64,000 bases of DNA, from NCBI RefSeq assembly GCF_964355755.1, contig NC_092673.1:19093648-19157647 (forward strand). The letters are read 5' to 3'. The position numbers and the translations under genes are program-made. Source of the stretch: Antedon mediterranea (taxonomy: Eukaryota; Animalia; Echinodermata). Under the pieces are notes generated by a model. It saw nothing but the letters and a program-made list of their open reading frames with translations. It was not told the origin of the DNA and did no database searches. Shown piece after piece: positions 52,991 through 64,000 of the stretch (position 1 is its first letter; each line of letters starts with the position of its first letter).

Positions 52991-53339
52991 GTCTTGCTAG
53001 AATCATATTGCGCATATGGTATGACCGACCCTGGAGGAAAAAACAAAGGAAAATATACATAAGTCATAAGGCATATACGCGACCGATTCAAAACGTGACC
53101 GATTGGAAACGCGACCGATTTCAAATGCTGTCGTGGATCAGTGCCGGACTGGTCTTCCTGTAAAGCAGGGCCTTCTAGCCTAATAATAGACCATAGCACA
53201 CCTTAGGCCTCCTACTCCACTAATCTGTAGTCTTACTAGGCCTAGCCATATCTAACTTCTACATGCTATGCCCTCTCCTCCTAGAGTAGCCTACTGTAGT
53301 ACTAGAGATAGGGACTAGCCCTCCTAGGCCTAGCTAGCC

Positions 53340-53416
53340 TAGATAAGATAGATCATCTGGGCTAGTCCAACATAATAATATTATGTTGGACTAGCCCAGA
53401 TGATCTATCTTATCTA
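53340..53416. repeat. Perfect 38-bp inverted repeat with 1-nt spacer
   Basis: tagataagatagatcatctgggctagtccaacataata-a-tattatgttggactagcccagatgatctatcttatcta. Confidence 0.95.
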
Positions 53417-53542
53417 TGAGTACGATAGGTTTAATGATGCCTATCAATGAATATTATCTGCCATTCTAAAGAATTCCGTTCGCTTTTAAGTTCATAATAA
53501 GATAAATACTTACTTTTTTTATTCAGATACATGTTGTCAAAG

Positions 53543-54626
53543 GGGTGTCACGAAAGCTCAGACCACGAAAGCTCAGACCCCCTAAGACCTAAGATCACGA
53601 AAGCTAAGACCCAACGCCTAAGATTACAAATACTAAGATATACTACAGATTAAAAACAATACTTGTTTATCCATACATAATTTTAAACACAGTAGGTTTC
53701 ATTTATTACCATAAATATAATTTAATACTACCGCAAAACATAGATAAACTCACATTATTTTCGCCTGTTGAGTAAATGTATATTTTTTCTTTACAACAAA
53801 CAAACTTGACGGGTTGTTTGTTGGTATATATTTACTCCATTGTGTTGGTTCAGAGGATGTTTTTCTTACGCACCTGCCTTTCTTGTATTTTGACTCCAAA
53901 TTTGTTGACTAACTTTATCCTGAACACCAAACTTTAAAATTAGGACTTATAAGTACTTTCAGAAGGAGAAACACATAATAACAAATAAATAAATCCTTTA
54001 AATTGATGATTTTACATATGTGTTTCTTTGTATACTGTAATGTAACTCCTCGAGCTCCCACCATGCTCAATGTTTTTGTTTCCATGGAGCGCCAAAAGAG
54101 CAACAATAATAGTACAAGCATAAAAACAGAAAGAAAACGAAACAAAAAAACTTATCATGATTTTTAAATTAAAATTTATTTGCCAGTATTTATTTCTTCG
54201 TACTTGCATGATTATACTATTATCATTACAATTTTAATTTTACATTGTTCCATCCACTCCACACTGTAGATGGACTCCACAGAGTTTTCAGCCCTCTATA
54301 TAATTTTTGCTCTTTTGACGTTCCATAGAAACAAAAACATTGAACATGGGGTAGGCCTACTGTAGTACTGTAGGCTAGTCATTTTGTGTGCGAGAAAAAC
54401 GTCTGTAAAATCATCAATTTAAAAATGTATTTGTTACTTTTTATGCGGATTCTTTTTCATGAAAGTGCCAATTCTAAGGTGTGGTATTCAGAATAAATGT
54501 TGGGAGTTAAAATACAAGGCAGGTGCGAAAGATAAATATTTGTAATCTTAGGTGTTGGGTCTTAGCTTTCGTGATCTTAGGTCTTAGGGGGTCTGAGCTT
54601 TCGTGGTCTGAGCTTTCGTGACACCC
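53543..54626. mobile_element. MULE-like non-autonomous element with 10-bp TSD gttgtcaaag
   Basis: About 90-bp near-perfect TIRs gggtgtcacgaaagctcagacc... and ...ggtctgagctttcgtgacaccc; TSD at 53533-53542 and 54627-54636. Confidence 0.92.
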
Positions 54627-55800
54627 GTTGTCAAAGTTTGTTTATGGTGTGTGTGTGTGGTATGTTGTTGAAATTAAACTTTATTGAGGGCGCAATCAAT
54701 GTTTATATCAAAATTAAAGAGTCTTTAAAAAAATAATACATTTACAATGATTTACTGTAATTGGCCCCATTGGCCACATCGCGGTAACATAAAAACTCCG
54801 GGTTAATAATTAATATCATATTTCTCCATGGTAAAAATATTATATTGCTATAAATTTAATTAGGCCTACATTTCTCTTCTTCTAGTCTTCCAATTAAATC
54901 CTTCCTTACAAATTTGTATAAAGAATAATATCCAGTTTTATATATGATTTTGTGATCTTGTCCTGTTTTGTTTTTGTTCTTCAAACAATGAAGAATGAAG
55001 AATTAATTCTAATTCCAAGTTATTTTTATTCTTTTTTATACTCGCATTTTATTAGAAAGGAAAAATTTAATTGATTTGTTTTATATTTTTGTATTATGGC
55101 AGATAAAACAAAAAGCAGCTTCAAGGCTGAAAATGTCTAATTGCTAAATAAGAAAAAAAGAAATTTTGATTCTAGACAAATGTAACTAACACCTATTATA
55201 TAGAGCTCTCCTTATAGAAGCCAAACACACTTGATCAAAGCTAAAAAGTATGATTTCTTAAAAGCATTTTATAAAAGAATGAACTTGAATTCTGGTCTTT
55301 AAAATGGTCTTGATGAGTTTTTATGAATGTTCTGGGTTGGGAGAGTTGCCTGTATTTTAGTAGTCTGGGTTCCAGACGGAGTTTTGTCTTAATATTAGTA
55401 AAAAGATAAATATTTTGGCACATATGGCGTTTCATACGTATACTACTTGATTTTGGATACTATTTTCAGACAAAAATCGCGGTCGAAATAAAAACAAATA
55501 AATAAAAAAAAAAAGATAATACAGACTTGGGGCAAGTCTAGTATTTTAGTTACAAAATCAATGTAGCAGACAATGTAACACACACAAGTAATCCTTTATA
55601 TTGCTATACACACAAAACACAATGACTGATAAAATGAATCAAAATATAAATTATTTATTGTTACAATTTTCTTTATACAAAAATAAATCATCTTATTCAC
55701 ATTTTATATTATATTATTTCATCACTGTAATGTGCAAATGTATACAAAATAGCAGATAATCTCTATTATTCTCTGACAAGAAAAACTCACAGCTTTATCA

Positions 55801-56316
55801 CTTTATGCATAGAGATATTGTAGTGAACTATTATATATAGTTATAATATCTCTATGCTTTATGTATAGAGATATTGTAGTGAACTAATATTATATATAGT
55901 TTTAATATATCTATGCTTTATGCATAGATATATTATAGTGAACTATTATCTATAGTTTTAATATATCTATGCTTTATGCATAGAGATATTATAGTGAAGT
56001 ATTATATATAGTTTTAATATATCTATGCTTTATGTATAGAGAGATATTATAGTGAACTATTATATATAGTTTTAATATCTCTATGCTTTATGTATAGAGA
56101 TATTATAGTGAACTATTATATATAGTTTTAATATATCTATGCTTTATGTATAGAGATATTATAGTGAACTATTATATATAGTTTTAATATCTCTATGCTT
56201 TATGTATAGAGATATTATAGTGAACTATTATATATAGTTTTAATATCTCTATGCTTTATGTATAGATATATTATAGTGAACTATTATATATAGTTTTAAT
56301 ATTTCTATGCTTTATG
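55801..56316. repeat. About 56-bp minisatellite, 9 copies; unit is a palindromic CATAGAGATA..TATCTCTATG element plus 7-bp ctttatg
   Basis: The array starts and ends with ctttatg; unit termini match the 10196-10221 footprint. Confidence 0.92.
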
Positions 56317-56625
56317 TAAAATGAAAATAATTAAAAATAAAATAAACAAATCCCAGTGATTGCTTGTATTGCTGCTCTTAAATATTCCAGTATTGTTGTT
56401 ATAATAAAATTACTTAAGTCATTTTTGTTGTTTTTTTTTAATTACTCAATTCACTTTTCTTCTGATTAGTTTTAATTTTAACATCTTTTACTTATGGGTA
56501 CTTCCCATTTCTTTTCCCCTTTCTCATTGTTTAATTTAATATTGTCTGTTTTTGTCACATTTTGTGTCACTGATTCAAAGGTGAAAGGTCAACAAATAAA
56601 TAAACTGCATTTAAACCAATAAACT

Positions 56626-57563
56626 TTTAAATGTTGAGCTACTCACTAGATAGGTACAAAGGGTGGGTCATTTAAATGTTGAGCTACTCACTAGATAGGT
56701 ACAAAGGGTGGGTCATTTAAATGCTGAGCTACTCACTAGAAAGGTACAAAGGGTGGGTCATTTAAATGTTGAGCTACTCACTAGATAGGTACAAAGGGTG
56801 GGTCATTTAAATGTTGAGCTACTCACTAGATAGGTACAAAGGGTGGGTCATTTAAATGCTGAGCTACTCACTAGATAGGTACAGGGTGGGTCATTTAAAT
56901 GTTGAGCTACTCACTAGATAGGTACAAAGGGTGGGTCATTTAAATGCTGAGCTACTCACTAGATAGGTACAAAGGGTGGGTCATTTAAATGTTGAGCTAC
57001 TCACTAGATAGGTATAAAGGGTGGGTCATTTAAATGTTGAGCTACTCACTAGATAGGTACAAAGGGTGGGTCATTTAAATGTTGAGCTACTCACTAGATA
57101 GGTACAGGGTGGGTCATTTAAATGCTGAGCTACTCACTAGAAAGGTACAAAGGGTGGGTCATTTAAATGTTGAGCTACTCACTAGATAGGTACAGGGTGG
57201 GTCATTTAAATGCTGAGCTACTCATTAGATAGGTATAAAGGGTGGGTCATTTAAATGTTGAGCTACTCACTAGATAGGTACAAAGGGTGGGTCATTTAAA
57301 TGTTGAGCTACTCACTAGATAGGTATAAAGGGTGGGTCATTTAAATGCTGAGCTACTCATTAGATAGGTACAGGGTGGGTCATTTAAATGCTGAGCTACT
57401 CATTAGATAGGTACAAAAGGTGGGGTCATTTAAATGTTGAGCTACTCACTAGATAGGTACAAAGGGTGGGTCATTTAAATGCTGAGCTACACATTAGATA
57501 GGTACAGGGTGGGTCATTTAAATGCTGAGCTACTCATTAGATAGGTACAAAAGGTGGGTCATT
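56626..57563. repeat. 45/43-bp minisatellite, about 21 copies
   Basis: Unit tttaaatgttgagctactcactagataggtacaaagggtgggtca. Confidence 0.97.
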
Positions 57564-58308
57564 TATGCTAAATTGAAATGTTGAAGTTGTAAACATAAAA
57601 TGAATTCTTAATTGCATTATCGTTTTATGCCGTTAGTTTGTTTTCATTTAAAAACAATTTCCCAAATAATGTTAAGGGTGATTAAACATAATAGATAGCT
57701 AATGTTATTCAAATTCATTTAAATAAGCAAATACTAAATTAATATAAAATGGAAACCAATAACAAAAAAAAACAGCATTAAGCAAAGCTTTAATCTTGTC
57801 GTGTCAGAAAAAATTGCATAAAATATGTATAGTAATATATAAATCCAAAGGCAAATTACTGAAAAAAATGACAATACTGTGGGTATCAGTGGCTGGATCT
57901 CAATGGAGATACAAAAATAAAAAGCGAAAAGCTAAATCAAAACGATAAAGTAAACAGCCAGAAAAGTTAGCAGAGCTTTCGGGCAACACTAGCCCTTCAT
58001 CAGTAATATATAAAACAATGACAAATAAATGGCTGCTCACACAAGATAAACTATAGTGTACAACCTCCATTGTGGTATTACAATACATACACTGAGGTAT
58101 GACACGCTAACACTACATTGACAAATAAATGGCTGCTCACACAAGATAAACTATAGTGTACTACCTCCATTGCAATATTACAATACAGGACATCATTACT
58201 AAAGAAATGACAGCTCAATTTGGAAAGTTTCTAGTGATTAATATTTCCAAAAAATAATAACAGTAAACATGAATATGGCTTTAAATCTCATTAGCTGCAA
58301 TAGGCCAT

Positions 58309-59583
58309 TGTTAAAAGCCATACCAAAAGAGTGGAAAGAAATTATTGAAAAAGGTACTACAAAAAAGGAAGACAATAGTATTCCTAGTCTACGACTTTAT
58401 ATGAAAAATAAAGGAACCGTCTTCTATAATCATTTTATTAATAGATGTAGTCAAAAATACCAAATTCACAAACAAAATGGGAAATAGAACTAGGTAAGGT
58501 AGACATTGATTGGAGTAATGTTTGGTACTATAAAGTTTATAGACTAAAACATATACCCAAAGTTGCTCAATTTAATTTTAAAGTTCTGCATAGAATACTA
58601 CCATGTAAAAAACGATTGAAAATCTGGAACTTAGCAGGTAATGATTTATGTGATAAATGTATAAACAAGGTTGAAACTGAAAAACACATGTTATATAAAT
58701 GCAGTGTAATTCAATGGATATGGCTTAAATTTAAAAATGTCATAGCTAAGAGCTTTTCAAACGAAGACCCAATAACTTGGTCTACAATGATTACTGGATC
58801 AAATAACATAATTGTAAATGAATTGATTTCATTATTTGTATTCTCTATATATAAGTTGCTTAGGCCTATATTAACAAAACCTGAAAAAAAAGGAAACTAC
58901 TATAAAAAAAAGATCTGGAATCTTTTTATTACTGAAGTAAATAAAAAATGAAATAAAAAAATGCTATTTGTATCTCTTAAATACATTGTATATAGGCCTA
59001 GTAACTATATTACTTTTAAGATATGTCATCCGGGTATGAAGCGTCTCACATACACACAGAGCCAAAATATTACCTTGGACTTGCACTGTGTATGGACTCT
59101 AACCTTACGGTTTTCATTATATATATCATTCCATCCTATCCATTCTAAACACCCTTTTTTCAAGCTTTTGCATTCTTCGTTTTCATCTCATCCATTTTTT
59201 TTCTTGGTGAAAAGGGAAGATTCTTTATATTCTTCCCCTGAGTTTATAGCCTCTCTAAACAGACACGGACACGAACAGAATAAAACAACAATAATCACTT
59301 TTTCATAAGTACGTTTTTTTTAAATCAATTTTTATCGTCATTTTATTTCCATCGACATATTTTAATTAATTGTATTTTTAAAAATGTGTATGAATGTAAA
59401 TGTGGTTACTTTTTAACATCAAAATAATCTTAGTCTTATGTATATACTGTTCAAAAGATATGTATTTTTTTAACAATGTACCTTATAAATAAGAGAATTA
59501 TATAAATGTGCATATATACATATATTATTATATTTATAGAACTATAATAAAAGTGGGACGAACCCACACAAGACAAAAAAAAA
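58309..59583 (+). mobile_element. 5'-truncated L1/Tx1-clade LINE (ORF2 C-terminus with zinc finger, 3' UTR, short A tail)
   Basis: LLKAIPKEWKEII, KWEIEL..DWSNVW..FNFKVLHRILP..LCDKC..ETEKHMLYKC..W (CCHC); A-run at about 59575-59583. Confidence 0.82.
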
Positions 59584-60480
59584 GTTGTCAAAGTGGTCCC
59601 TAAATAAAAACAGTAAACATGAATGGCTTTAAATCTCATTAGCTGCAATAGGCCATGTGAAGTGTGTAAAGTTGCCAAAGTGTTCCCTAAATAAAAACAG
59701 TATAAACATGAATGGCTTTAAATCTCATTAGCTGCAATAGGCCATGTGAAGTGTGTAAAGTTGTCAAAGTGTTCCCTAAATAAAAACAGTAAACATGAAT
59801 AGCTTTAAATCTCATTAGCTGCAATAGGCCATGTAAAGTGTGTAAAGTTGTCAAAGTGTTACCTAAATAAAAACAGTAAACATGAATAGCTTTAAATCTC
59901 ATTAGCTGCAATAGGCCATGTGAAGTGTGTAAAGTTGCCAAAGTGTTCCCTAAATAAAAACAGTATAAACATGAATGGCTTTAAATCTCATTAGCTGCAA
60001 TAGGCCATGTAAAGTGTGTAAAGTTGTCAAAGTGTTACCTAAATAAAAACAGTAAACATGAATAGCTTTAAATCTCATTAGCTGCAATAGGCCATGTGAA
60101 GTGTGTAAAGTTGCCAAAGTGTTCCCTAAATAAAAACAGTAAACATGAATAGCTTTAAATCTCATTAGCTGCAATAGGCCATGTGAAGTGTGTAAAGTTG
60201 TCAAAGTGTTCCCTAAATAAAAACAGTAAACATGAATAGCTTTAAATCTCATTAGCTGCAATAGGCCATGTAAAGTGTGTAAAGTTGTCAAAGTGTTCCC
60301 TAAATAAAAACAGTAAACATGAATAGCTTTAAATCTCATTAGCTGCAATAGGCCATGTGAAGTGTGTAAAGTTGTCAAAGTGTTCCCTAAATAAAAACAG
60401 TAAACATGAATAGCTTTAAATCTCATTAGCTGCAATAGGCCATGTGAAGTGTGTAAAGTTGTCAAAGTATTCCCTAAATA
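59581..60480. repeat. 87/89-bp minisatellite, about 10 copies
   Basis: Unit taaataaaaacagtaaacatgaatagctttaaatctcattagctgcaataggccatgtgaagtgtgtaaagttgtcaaagtgttccc. Confidence 0.96.
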
Positions 60481-60593
60481 ATTATTAGTTTCATTATTTC
60501 TTTTTGTTATTGCAGTCCATTGTTTATTTGCATCGTTATATAATTGCATTAATGTTGAACTATAAACCACTGCAACATCACCTCTACTTTTTC

Positions 60594-63500
60594 TCATCTT
60601 TTTAACAACTTCTCAATGGATTCAATTTGGTCTTCACTCAGCAACCCTCGTGATTCCAGATCCATAATTAAACTCCAGCTGTCGGCATACTTCCTAAGGA
60701 CAGGGAAGTTGTGTTGTACATCAAGAGTTTTGATATCTGCGTCACTAAGACTTTTCCCCATATTAAATATCTTTATTGTCCGTCGTGAAAATGATGCTAC
60801 CTTACGTTTCTTGATATTCTTGAAAGTGGGAAGCTTTTTTGTGACACATGACTCAAAGCCAAATTGTTCAGTTTTTTTTATTGCATCATACAAGACAGTA
60901 ACATCTGTTTTACTCAATTGCCCATTGGCAGATAAAAAGGTTAACAAATCAATTGTACTGGTAACCCGTTTCACCTCTTCAATGTCATCTACTATTCCTA
61001 TGAATAGAACTTGTAGTCTGTTAAGGAGTCCACGATCATCAAACCATTGTGCAAAGTCTCCAATCAACTGTTTAAAATCATCCTCTGAGAAATCTATGAA
61101 GAAAAGCAAGGTTTCATATCATGTAATACATTCAGTATAATATCATTTAAATCATAAATTATCTTGAAATTTTAAGAATATGGTTATGAATATAATTTGT
61201 TAGTGGTTTAGATCTATATTCAGCTATAGAAACAAGAAAAAACAATTAATACCTAATGTGTTTTATTCTTAACTTAAGATTAGATATTAAATGTACTCTA
61301 GTAACTTACCTTCACTTTGTTGGCATCGACTCAATGATGTGCCCTCACTTTCATCTTCACTACTGCCTATAATTAACACAATAATTAGTTTATATTACTT
61401 TACTACTACTTTATAGGCATTTATTTAAACATGGCACTTTACTATGGAATGTCTTTTTACAGTTTCTTTGCTTAAAATGGTGACAAGGAGTTCTTCATGA
61501 AGAAATTCGAGTGTATTACTTAATCTTCACTTAATCTACAAGGCGGCGGAACGTTTTGATTATTAAATTCACTATACACTAATACAATATTTTGTATACA
61601 AATTCTGAACTTTGACTTTGAATTTTATTATATCTTGGTATAAACTAGTAAAACTCTAAAAACATAAGACTGAATGCAAGTTGTTCAGAGCATTTATTTT
61701 TATATTTGATCTAATGAATACTGTATTTTTTTAAAGTGACTGGAAACATTCCTATTTACCATTTTAGAAAAATATGACCAGACCAGACCAATATTTTATA
61801 CCATATATGAAACCAGATGAAATTTTTCAATTAAGTTTGGAATACACATTTATCAAGCAGATAATTTAGACAGGATTTTATTCAATGGAAGACTTACTGC
61901 TTGGTCTGGGTTAAAGAGGAGCAATGACCATAAAACAGACAATTAATTGATGAATATTTCAAAGTTTTGGTAGATGCAAAAGAGCGGAAAAATATTAGTA
62001 GTTAAGCTTGGTTCTCACTACGACGCACCGCAAGGACGTAAGCCGCAATGCAAGCAAATTAATCATAATAATTAATTGAATAATAAATTTGTTTTTAATT
62101 GGTCAATTTGCTTGTGAACCAAGCTTTAAGATGGTGTTGGTTTGACATTTCTGGTGCACCAGCAGACCATACTCTAGAATAGTAACCAACCTATTGTACA
62201 GCCACAATATGGGGACAGAAAAAATAGTTCCTGTTTCTGTTTATTGACACTTGGTTTGCTTTAGAAAGACATTGGTTTGGAATCTTCGAAATTGTCGATT
62301 ATGTTTAGTTTAACATCTCAATTTGCTCGCCTTTAAACAAGTATAAAGGTTTAACCAAGTTACACTTTCTGGTGATATACATTAGTAGCTTTTTAACATT
62401 AGATTTTATTTGATTCTTGTCAGCCCAATTAAATAAAATGTCACTTTAAAACATTACATATCATTTTACTTTGAATACCAAATTACAGTATTGTGTTAAC
62501 AAGGACGTTATTGTGCTGGGACCATCAATCATCAAGTTATACTAAAGGAGTGTTCTTCAATTTAAGGCGCATATGACATTATACACATGTGCCACAGTGT
62601 TTGGCATCTATGCCTACCTATAACCAGGGAGGTGAAAAAATAATAATATTAGCTCCCTGCTATAATCAAGTAAATCAGAAATAAAAAGGTTTTCTGATGC
62701 TTTAAATGCCCTAAAAGCCAAACGGTCACTGAGTGGCATGATTGGTGACAAACCTGAAAGAAAGTATATTCATTTCAAAGTCCAGAGCAACCTGTGGTGT
62801 CCTGTTACTATTGTAAAACAGTAATGATATTATATACCTCAAGATTAAATTATGAGATTTTAATTTAGTCAAAATCAGACAGTAGTTTAACCCTTGTCAT
62901 ATTTACCTTGTTCTGATCGATGCTTTCGTTTAATTTTCTTTGGGGATTTTTTATCACCTAAATGTGGATAAATTTGTAATACATTCAATGATACAAACAG
63001 GCCTATGTTTAAAGTAATTATTAATTAATAATTATAAAATCTCTTTTGCAAAAAATACATGTTAAAACAGATATGATAACAGTGTTCTTAAGGCCAATTT
63101 ACACAGACAAGCGGTAACGGTACAGTAAGTGGAAAACCATGTAGCTTGTCCATATAGAATCTGTATCTATCCTGAGTGGAAACCGCCCGTCCGTGTTGTG
63201 TGTAAATGGTCATAAAGAGTATCATAGATTCTATATTTTTTATTACCGTTACCGCTTGTCTGTGTAAATCGGCCTTAAAGCTGATAAAACTATTTATGTG
63301 TCCATAGATTTCCTTTGGGTATTTGTTGAGTTGTGATACAACAATATTGTTTAAATAATTGTGAGCAGTTCATTTTTTTTCATTATTGCCTACAGAACAT
63401 AGTGTTTATGAAATATAATAACATAATTTTTTGGTGATTGAGTAAAGGGTGCCTGAAATTCCTGATTTTAATTTCAAATATCAAAAATGTTTAAAAACGT

Positions 63501-63977
63501 AAAATTAACTTTTATATACAGTATTGCTTTTAAAAATAAATTTTAAAATTTGTATCGAATATAATTGAATAAATTAGAATTGTTGTACTGTACTGAAGTA
63601 AATAATTTTTGTTTAAAATAATTTGAGATTCTAATACTGAATAGTTCATAACAGTTTGTGTGTATTGATATATTACTATCTACATCATTACCAAAATAAA
63701 CATAACATACCTGGATTTGAACTTGCTGTCTCACCTTTAACAAAAAAAAAACCAATATTTCAATAAATGCTAGACAAATTACAGATTCTTCCTGGTAACA
63801 CTATAGCTATACTAGTGCAAAAGGATCAATGCTTATTTAAAAACGACAACAACATGAACTTTCAATTGGGAACAGTTAGCATATATATACTTACAAAACA
63901 CTTTCACTGGAGGAATATCATTTGACTCTTGTGAGAGTAAAAAGTTTGCCTTTAGAAGATTTGTTGATGTATTATTT
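60594..63977 (-). CDS. 3' part of a neighbouring gene ending in a tandem-DED exon paralogous to 20150-20686 (5' part beyond the window)
   Basis: Exons 63895-63977, 63711-63734, 62907-62957, 61310-61366 and 60594-61093 (TGA) are phase-compatible. DFSEDDFKQLIGDFAQWFD..LYDAI..QFGF..YADSWSLIMDLESRG aligns by eye with EISENEFLQLLTDTAAWFD..LYDTI..QFGF..YQDSWSMIMDFEHRG. AATAAA lies about 70 nt after the stop. Confidence 0.8.
63091..63275. mobile_element. PIF/Harbinger-like MITE
   Basis: TIR aggccaatttacacagacaagcggtaacggta and taccgttaccgcttgtctgtgtaaatcggcct, with TTA/TAA flanks. Confidence 0.8.
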
Positions 63978-64000
63978 CTGAAAAAATTAAATGTCCTTGA

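Larger units (their letters stand above)
47256..53532 (-). other. Putative 5' UTR exons of the Roco gene (exon 1 ending 53514, possible micro-exon 52384-52402, exon 49587-49719, UTR part of 47248-47334)
   Basis: Strong gtaagt/gtaggt donors and pyrimidine-rich acceptors. All three frames are closed across 49587-49719 and 47256-47334. Exon 1 has a paralogous counterpart at 11664. Confidence 0.5.

Noticed and set aside
59950-60597. 215-aa ORF whose ATG overlaps the DED gene stop (ATGA), suggesting coupled translation
   Set aside because: Most of it is the 87-bp minisatellite, and an AATAAA lies before the repeat; likely coincidental.

Overview
AT-rich, intron-containing animal DNA, probably an invertebrate deuterostome such as an echinoderm (inference from base composition, recurring TAGGCCTA words and the TE types). 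The ORF track is misleading because most long ORFs are minisatellite artefacts. Splicing the minus strand by hand gives one frame-consistent gene of at least 28 coding exons (47255 to 20150, 3' end uncertain). It encodes a kinase-less Roco protein: ankyrin repeats, Roc GTPase, COR, then tandem death-effector domains (DED). Its ankyrin region comes from a 307-bp tandem array in which each of nine units holds one phase-0, 108-nt, 36-aa ankyrin exon. The copies are near-identical, differ mostly by non-synonymous changes, and two have lost their splice acceptor. The 3' end of a second tandem-DED gene lies at 60.6-64 kb, and a duplicated promoter/first-exon/intron segment at 2.3-11.7 kb points to a third paralog running off the left edge. 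The window therefore looks like a tandem cluster of candidate innate-immune/cell-death sensors. Also present: a Kolobok transposon end with an intact KolX (P2X7 ballast-like) gene, a foldback Academ derivative, MULE-, CACTA-, Harbinger- and Kolobok-type MITEs, a tRNA-derived SINE, two LINE fragments, P-element-like footprints and about a dozen minisatellites. Coordinates were read by eye and no database searches were run.
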